From an uncultured Lachnospiraceae bacterium (lineage in GTDB: Bacteria; Bacillota; Clostridia; Lachnospirales; Lachnospiraceae), in contig CAMOYN010000001.1 in NCBI GenBank assembly GCA_946630035.1, forward strand, positions 1 through 34,818: a DNA stretch of 34,818 nt. Direction: 5' to 3'. The notes under the pieces are model-generated. The model did not search any database, was not told the DNA's origin, and worked only from the letters and a program-made list of their open reading frames with translations. Made by a program: the position numbers and the translations under genes. Every line of letters starts with the position of its first letter. The first letter of the stretch is position 1. Positions 30,299-34,818 of the stretch are shown in pieces.

Positions 30299-30597
30299 TT
30301 ATTGCCGGGTTTTGCCTGGCAGGTTGACGAGGAGGATGCCGACCAGGAAGAGGGCGGACCCGGAGATGACGTAAAATGAAGCGCTTTACAGAGTCCACCG
30401 ACGATGATCATCTGATTTGCCATGGGAAGCTGGATTTTCCCGGTGCGGGCCTTCAGAAGTATCAGGAGAATGAGTACACCGATGGCAAAGCGAAGCCCGG
30501 AAATCATAAAAGGGGAGAACATCAAACCGGCGGACTTGATCATAAGTCCGCCGAAACTGAATATAACTGCCTGCAGAATCAGGTAAAAGTAACCCAT
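30299..30597 (-). pseudogene. Small DMT/EamA-like membrane protein gene interrupted by a frameshift at a T4 run
   Basis: The first frame reads MGYFYLILQAVIFSFGGLMIKSAGLMFSPFMISGLRFAIGVLILLILLKARTG...IIVGGLCKALHF, which is EamA-like. After CATTTTAC the sensible reading continues in another frame as (F)YVISGSALFLVGILLVNLPGKTRQ*. The 314-aa ORF in the track (29653..30597) only arises by reading through nonsense sequence, the palindrome, and the antisense of the epimerase gene. Confidence 0.5.
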
Positions 30598-30691
30598 GAA
30601 AGCACCTCGTGTGCATTTTAAAGTACTTCTTATATATGTAATTAAATTGTCTTGCGATGCCCGACGCTATCTTAAGCTTCCTTGCGTTTCC

Positions 30692-31741
30692 TTACGCGTT
30701 GGCCTGTTTGCAGGCGTCAAGGAAAGCGAGGATATTCTCCTCGGGGGTGTTTTTGTCCATTCCCACGCAGGAGATGGAGATTTTGCCTTCCTCCGCCTTG
30801 CCAAGCTCCAGCATATGGCGGACGGTCTCGTGGATCTCCTCCGGAGTCTGCTTCTGGATGTGCACTGCGCTGTAACGAAGATTGAGCCACACGCCGGGCA
30901 GATGCTCCCGCACGTAGGCGATATCGGAGCCGGCGCCGACTTCCGCGAAGGCCAGGCCCGGTACTTTGGCATACCCGGCGCAGACATGTTCCATGCTCTT
31001 GCCGCAGTGATGGATTCCGAAACAGGGGAAGGCCTTGGCCAGCCGCTGGTCATGGGGGAGCAGGAATTCTTCGTAGCATGCGTTCGATACCATCTCCACG
31101 GAGCAGTTGGAGGTGAGATAATTCTGCGGCATCACCTGACGTACGATGCCGGTTACACCACCGGAAATATCATTGGACAGTGCATAGAATCTCCGTCCGA
31201 TCTCCAGACTCATATCGGTGATTTTGGTCAGGAGGGCCGTGATCTCTTCCGGATCGGAATAATAGGCGAGGTAGAGTTCCTGTCCCATCAGATCCAGGGC
31301 AATATTCTGAACTCCCTGAAGGTTGACGTAGGTCTCGACCCTGCCGTATTCTTCCAGCATCCCGTCGATCTGCCTCTGCATTCTGGCCCAGATCGGGCTC
31401 TTATCCAGATCCGGAACCGTAACCTGGTCCAGCTCATCCGCATCCAGATCGCGGCAGACTACCTGGGGAGAATTGTCGCTCTGATAGACAATGTCGCAGC
31501 CCATGAGCTCGGAATACAGATAGCCGGCAGCCAGCAGATCCGTGCCCAGCAGGGGGCGCGGCTGAGGGTTCTTCTCACCGATGCCATAGGCCCCGAAATG
31601 GTCATAGAGGGTCCGGCGCATCTTCACGTCGCAGTCCATCCGGTAATGATAGTCATCGAAGAAAGGTTGGGAAAAATCGATCCCGGCATTTTCATGCCAC
31701 CAGGTGGGATGAAAGGTAATATCATAAGGAATTTTATTCAT
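30692..31741 (-). CDS. Uroporphyrinogen-decarboxylase (URO-D) family protein
   Basis: I prefer the ATG at 31741 (GAGGAGGTATCCCCTT upstream) over the TTG at 31759. The product is 349 aa. Its overall composition and strings (...FHPTWWHENAGIDF..., ...GIHHCGKS..., ...ISCVGMD...) resemble URO-D/MtaA-like TIM-barrel enzymes. The assignment is from memory only. Confidence 0.55.
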   Translation of the reverse strand: MNKIPYDITFHPTWWHENAGIDFSQPFFDDYHYRMDCDVKMRRTLYDHFGAYGIGEKNPQPRPLLGTDLLAAGYLYSELMGCDIVYQSDNSPQVVCRDLDADELDQVTVPDLDKSPIWARMQRQIDGMLEEYGRVETYVNLQGVQNIALDLMGQELYLAYYSDPEEITALLTKITDMSLEIGRRFYALSNDISGGVTGIVRQVMPQNYLTSNCSVEMVSNACYEEFLLPHDQRLAKAFPCFGIHHCGKSMEHVCAGYAKVPGLAFAEVGAGSDIAYVREHLPGVWLNLRYSAVHIQKQTPEEIHETVRHMLELGKAEEGKISISCVGMDKNTPEENILAFLDACKQANA

Positions 31742-31776
31742 AAGGGGATACCTCCTCAAATAATTCAGAAACTGTG

Positions 31777-32334
31777 TCAGGTCTTCCCAACCGGAGCCTT
31801 CCCGGAAAGCAGTTTTCCGGAGGCGGGGTTTTCTGCCGGCGCCTTGGCGGTGAGCAGATCCTTCAGATCCTGCGCGCTTTTGCCCTGGATCCCGTCATAG
31901 GGAAGCAGAAATGCGCTGGATTTTGTCAGATAAAGGTACAGAATATTCTGCTCATCATTAAAATGGGTGCGCACAATCCGGTCATAGCTGTATTTCGCAT
32001 GCTCTTTCTGATTCTTCACCTCAAAATCCCGGGAGTGAAAGGTCAGTGTATAAAAATATTTCGGTGTATCGCTGAGACCGAACTGCTCGACAATGCGGTT
32101 GACACTCATGTAAAACCGGAGATAACGGCTGATAAGAAGGTAGATGGCCAGGGTGACAAAAATCCAGCCGAGAAGCGGGCTCTTCGCACTGAAATTAACA
32201 AGGCCGAAGGCTGCGATCAAAAGACAGAGGATAGCGTGCCGGAGGACGTCGCGGCGATTCCCCAGCACATGATATTTCATATAATTGCGGTACTGGCGCT
32301 CGGTAAGAGAGCATTCCACTCGTATCTCGTCCAT
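31777..32334 (-). CDS. YcxB-like membrane protein (two TM segments plus a C-terminal domain)
   Basis: I prefer the ATG at 32334 (GGAGGTAAGAACG upstream) over the ORF-track start at 32436. The product begins MDEIRVECSLTERQYRNYMKYHVLGN. Two hydrophobic segments follow (ILCLLIAAFGLVNF and LLGWIFVTLAIYLLISRYL). YLYLTKSSAFLLP near the C-terminus is typical of YcxB-like proteins. Confidence 0.5.
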   Translation of the reverse strand: MDEIRVECSLTERQYRNYMKYHVLGNRRDVLRHAILCLLIAAFGLVNFSAKSPLLGWIFVTLAIYLLISRYLRFYMSVNRIVEQFGLSDTPKYFYTLTFHSRDFEVKNQKEHAKYSYDRIVRTHFNDEQNILYLYLTKSSAFLLPYDGIQGKSAQDLKDLLTAKAPAENPASGKLLSGKAPVGKT

Positions 32335-32446
32335 CGTTCTTACCTCCATCTTCCACTGATTGTACAGCATCGGATTGTAAAATACAATAGATTTTTGAAG
32401 GAAAGAAAACGATTCCGTAAAATGTATAATTAACACGTATATCTAG

Positions 32447-32475
32447 TTGACAAATGATATAACGCATAGTAAAAT
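32447..32475 (+). promoter_or_regulatory. Candidate sigma-A promoter of the TRAP operon
   Basis: TTGACA (32447-32452), a 17-nt spacer, then TAAAAT (32470-32475). Confidence 0.6.
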
Positions 32476-32539
32476 GCAAAATGAGGGTGGCTATTCTATA
32501 GGCGCCGTCAAAAATACTCATATGAGAAGGAGACGAAGT

Positions 32540-33547
32540 ATGAAGAAGTTGTTAGCAATGATCCTGGCTCTTAGTATGGCAGCAGCGGTTGCTGTTCCGG
32601 TTCATGCTGAGACGACCCCCGAGTACACTTTCACCTATGCAGAGCTGAACGGCGATGATAACATCAACGCTAAAGTAGGCTACAAGTTCGCAGAACTGGT
32701 AAATGAGCTGTCTGAAGGCCGCATCAAGATCGATGTATTCACGGCTTCCCAGCTCGGTGATGAGATCACCTGCCTGAATGCTCTTCAGATGGGCGGCGGC
32801 ACCGTTGACTTCTACAGAGGCAACACCAACTCTCTGGGCGACTACGGTATTCGCAAGATGAACCTGTTCGGACTGCCCTACATCTTCACCAGCCGTGACG
32901 GTATGTGGAAAGTTCTGAATGATGCGAACCTTGGCCAGGCTTTCCTGAATGAAGGTGCAGAAGTTGGTGCCGGCTTTGTTGGTATCACCTACACCGATGA
33001 GGGTGCTCGTCATACCTTTACCTCTATGGAAATCACCTGCCTGGATGACCTGAAGGGCAAGAAGATCCGTGTTCCTGAGACCACCCTTATGATGGATACC
33101 ATGGCTGCTCTGGGCGCTGAGCCTACTCCGATTTCCTACAGCGAACTGTACAGCTCCATCCAGACCGGCGTGGTTGACGGTGGTGAGAACGGATATCCCG
33201 GATATGACAGCAACAAGTTCTATGAAGTAGCTCCTTACTATCTGCTGGATGGCCATACCTTCAGCCCTGGCGTTATCCTGATGGCTGAGGCCCGCTGGAA
33301 TGAGCTGAGCGAAGAAGATCAGGCTATCCTGAGAGAAGCCGGTGCACAGGCTTCCGCATGGAACAAAGAGCAGATCGAAGCAGAAGAAGAAGCTCTGAGA
33401 AAGTCCCTGGAAGAGAAGGGTGTTACCATTATCGACGTTCCCGCTGAAGATATGGCGAAAGCTCAGGAAGCCTGCAAGAGCGTATGGGCCGGCTATTCCG
33501 AAGGCCTCGAAGAAGAGCTTCAGGCGATCGTAGATATTCAGAAATAA
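32540..33547 (+). CDS. dctP: TRAP transporter substrate-binding protein (DctP family)
   Basis: I prefer the ATG at 32540, with GAAGGAGACGAAGT upstream. The signal peptide is MKKLLAMILALSMAAAVAVPVHA/ET. DctP-like strings include ...ELVNELSEGRIKIDVFTASQLGDE...LQMGGGTVDF...KKIRVPE... DctQ and DctM genes follow. Confidence 0.85.
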   Translation: MKKLLAMILALSMAAAVAVPVHAETTPEYTFTYAELNGDDNINAKVGYKFAELVNELSEGRIKIDVFTASQLGDEITCLNALQMGGGTVDFYRGNTNSLGDYGIRKMNLFGLPYIFTSRDGMWKVLNDANLGQAFLNEGAEVGAGFVGITYTDEGARHTFTSMEITCLDDLKGKKIRVPETTLMMDTMAALGAEPTPISYSELYSSIQTGVVDGGENGYPGYDSNKFYEVAPYYLLDGHTFSPGVILMAEARWNELSEEDQAILREAGAQASAWNKEQIEAEEEALRKSLEEKGVTIIDVPAEDMAKAQEACKSVWAGYSEGLEEELQAIVDIQK

Positions 33548-33637
33548 GGCACGCATTCTGATATTCGATGTTATATCGAATGTACAGGAGCGACAGTCGG
33601 CAATAACGCCGGCGAATCTGAGATAGAACAGATTTGC

Positions 33638-33676
33638 GGGGAAGAGAAACGCAATTAGCTTCTCTTCCCCTTTTTG
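33638..33676 (+). terminator. Intra-operon stem-loop with a T tract between dctP and dctQ
   Basis: GGGGAAGAGA (33638-33647) pairs with TCTCTTCCCC (33661-33670) and is followed by TTTTT. Confidence 0.6.
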
Positions 33677-33707
33677 GGGCTTTTGTAATAATCCTTAAAA
33701 GGGGGCA

Positions 33708-34271
33708 GTGGTAGTGAGAAAGTTTTATGATGGGGTGTACTGGCTGTTTATGACATTCTGCAAGATTGTCTTTATCGCCTCGATTATTATCACCTCATAT
33801 GTTGTATTTATGCGGTTTGTAATGAGCAAAACACCCCGGTGGGGCGAGCAGGCGATCCTGATGTGCATGGTCTACATGGCTCTGATCAGTGCCAGCCTGG
33901 CGATTCGTACCGATAAGCACCTGCGCGTTGTGCTGATTCAGTATGCATTTCCCGCATCGATCCGGGCGAAGGTAATGAAGGTGCTTCATTCCCTCAGCCA
34001 GGTCATGATTTTTGCTTTTAGTCTGTTTATGATTGTTTATGGCATCCAGTTCACACAGCTGATGTCAAAGAGTGTACTTTCCGGTATTCCGATTGCAAAA
34101 TCCTGGCTGTATGCCGCTGTTCCGGTATCCGGCCTGTGTATGCTGCTGATGCAGAGTGAACGCTTCATTCTGTTTATTCTGAAGATGATGAATAAGCCGG
34201 TGGAAGGCTATTATAATTATGAAATCAATCCTCCGGAAGAGGGAGTAGATGGAACGGAGGTGCAGGCATGA
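33708..34271 (+). CDS. dctQ: TRAP transporter small permease (DctQ family)
   Basis: The start is GTG at 33708 or 33714, after AAAAGGGGG. The product has four hydrophobic segments. Its stop overlaps the dctM start (ATGA). Confidence 0.8.
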   Translation: MVVRKFYDGVYWLFMTFCKIVFIASIIITSYVVFMRFVMSKTPRWGEQAILMCMVYMALISASLAIRTDKHLRVVLIQYAFPASIRAKVMKVLHSLSQVMIFAFSLFMIVYGIQFTQLMSKSVLSGIPIAKSWLYAAVPVSGLCMLLMQSERFILFILKMMNKPVEGYYNYEINPPEEGVDGTEVQA

Positions 34272-34818
34272 ATTCGACAACAGCCATTATTCTGCTGCTG
34301 GTTTTGTTTTTCCTGTTTATAGTGCTCAGTTTCCCGATCGCCTATGCCATCGGTATCGCAGCCGTGATCGGCATGATGTATATGGGGCTGAATCTTCAGC
34401 AGGTGGTTCAGCTGATGGTAAAAGGTGTGTTCAGTTTCTCGCTGATGGCAGTGCCCTTCTTCATCCTGGCCGGTGAGCTGATGGGGGAAGGCGGAATATC
34501 CGATAAACTGATCAATCTTTCCGACGCCATCGTAGGATGGATGCGCGGCGGTCTGGCCATGGTAAATATCGTAGCATCCATGTTCTTCGGCGGTATCTCC
34601 GGATCCTCCGCCGCGGACTGCGCTTCCCTCGGAACCATTCTGATTCCCATGATGGTAGATCAGGGATACGATGACGATTTCGCAGCCAACGTTACCATGA
34701 CATCCTCCGTGCAGGGTATTCTGATTCCTCCGAGCCACAACATGGTTATCTATGCCACCGTGGCAGGCAGTGTATCCATCGGCCGTCTGTTCATCGCAGG
34801 CTATGCACCGGGTATCCT
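34268..34818 (+). CDS. dctM: TRAP transporter large permease (DctM family); the 3' end runs off the right edge
   Basis: It is absent from the ORF track because it has no stop in the window, so I translated it by hand. The product reads MNSTTAIILLLVLFFLFIVLSFPIAYAIGIAAVIGMMY...FFILAGELMGEGGISDKLINLSDAIVGWMRGGLAMVNIVASMFFGGISGSSAADCASLG, which is typical of DctM. Confidence 0.85.
   Translation, partial: MNSTTAIILLLVLFFLFIVLSFPIAYAIGIAAVIGMMYMGLNLQQVVQLMVKGVFSFSLMAVPFFILAGELMGEGGISDKLINLSDAIVGWMRGGLAMVNIVASMFFGGISGSSAADCASLGTILIPMMVDQGYDDDFAANVTMTSSVQGILIPPSHNMVIYATVAGSVSIGRLFIAGYAPGI

Noticed and set aside
29653-30597. A 314-aa ORF on the - strand, taken at face value
   Set aside because: Only the first 74 or so codons look like a real (EamA-like) protein. 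The rest reads through a palindromic repeat and the antisense of the epimerase gene. I reinterpreted it as a frameshifted small DMT gene (30299-30597).
30596-31900. A 434-aa ORF on the + strand
   Set aside because: It is antisense to the URO-D-family and YcxB-like genes. Both of those have GGAGG RBSs and sensible composition on the - strand.
1-34818. rRNA, tRNA, tmRNA, T-box and other common structured RNA genes
   Set aside because: None of the intergenic regions shows cloverleaf-compatible or other recognisable conserved RNA signatures by eye. This cannot be excluded without tRNAscan or Infernal.

Overview
The window looks like chromosomal DNA from a Firmicute, probably a clostridial or Lachnospiraceae-like gut organism. 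This is inferred from GGAGG-type ribosome-binding sites (RBS), a CIRCE operator, SipW, sortase and CUT1 or TRAP sugar loci. All family calls come from motifs read by eye in the translations, and no database search was run. Almost everything from 2.2 kb to 30.2 kb is on the + strand. I see no rRNA, tRNA, CRISPR array, transposase or integrase.

Layout:
1. 1-1789 (-): a truncated membrane protein with a degenerate GGDEF domain and an HD-GYP domain.
2. 2241-8549: a surface-fibre locus. It holds a class C sortase, a CnaB or pilin-like secreted protein with no sorting signal, three TasA/camelysin-like proteins, a MucBP-like membrane-anchored protein, and an ER-type signal peptidase SipW. Two of the TasA-like proteins have SipW-type signal peptides, and the third has a non-canonical VVKTGD sorting signal.
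3. 8605-13410: a secreted transglutaminase-like protein, then a tightly coupled PilC-like platform, four small non-canonical pseudopilin-like proteins and a PilT-type ATPase. No PilB, PilD or canonical prepilin is visible.
4. 13443-17225: a regulatory block. It holds a SARP/BTAD regulator fused to a degenerate GGDEF domain with an intact RxxD I-site, an unknown internally duplicated protein, a REC-GGDEF*-EAL phosphodiesterase, and an HPt protein.
5. 17225-18810: two tandem type I signal peptidase paralogues.
6. 18834-19790: a Cof-type HAD hydrolase carrying an in-frame perfect 36-bp inverted-repeat element.
7. 19787-21259: a CIRCE-controlled orphan J-protein, followed by a small XRE regulator.
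8. 21933-30167: a sugar locus. It holds a CUT1 ABC binding protein and two permeases, an ADP-dependent-kinase-family protein, a class II aldolase, RpiR, a D-lyxose/D-mannose isomerase and an aldose-1-epimerase-family protein.
9. Remainder: a frameshifted small DMT gene, a URO-D-family protein and a YcxB-like protein on the - strand, and a TRAP transporter running off the right edge.

The best candidate for an undescribed system is 2.2-17.2 kb. It combines a sortase, SipW-dependent TasA-like subunits, a transglutaminase-like protein, a stripped-down PilC/PilT pseudopilus machine and a c-di-GMP-type regulator.

A family of GGGAC-core palindromic elements is scattered through the window, including inside a coding sequence.
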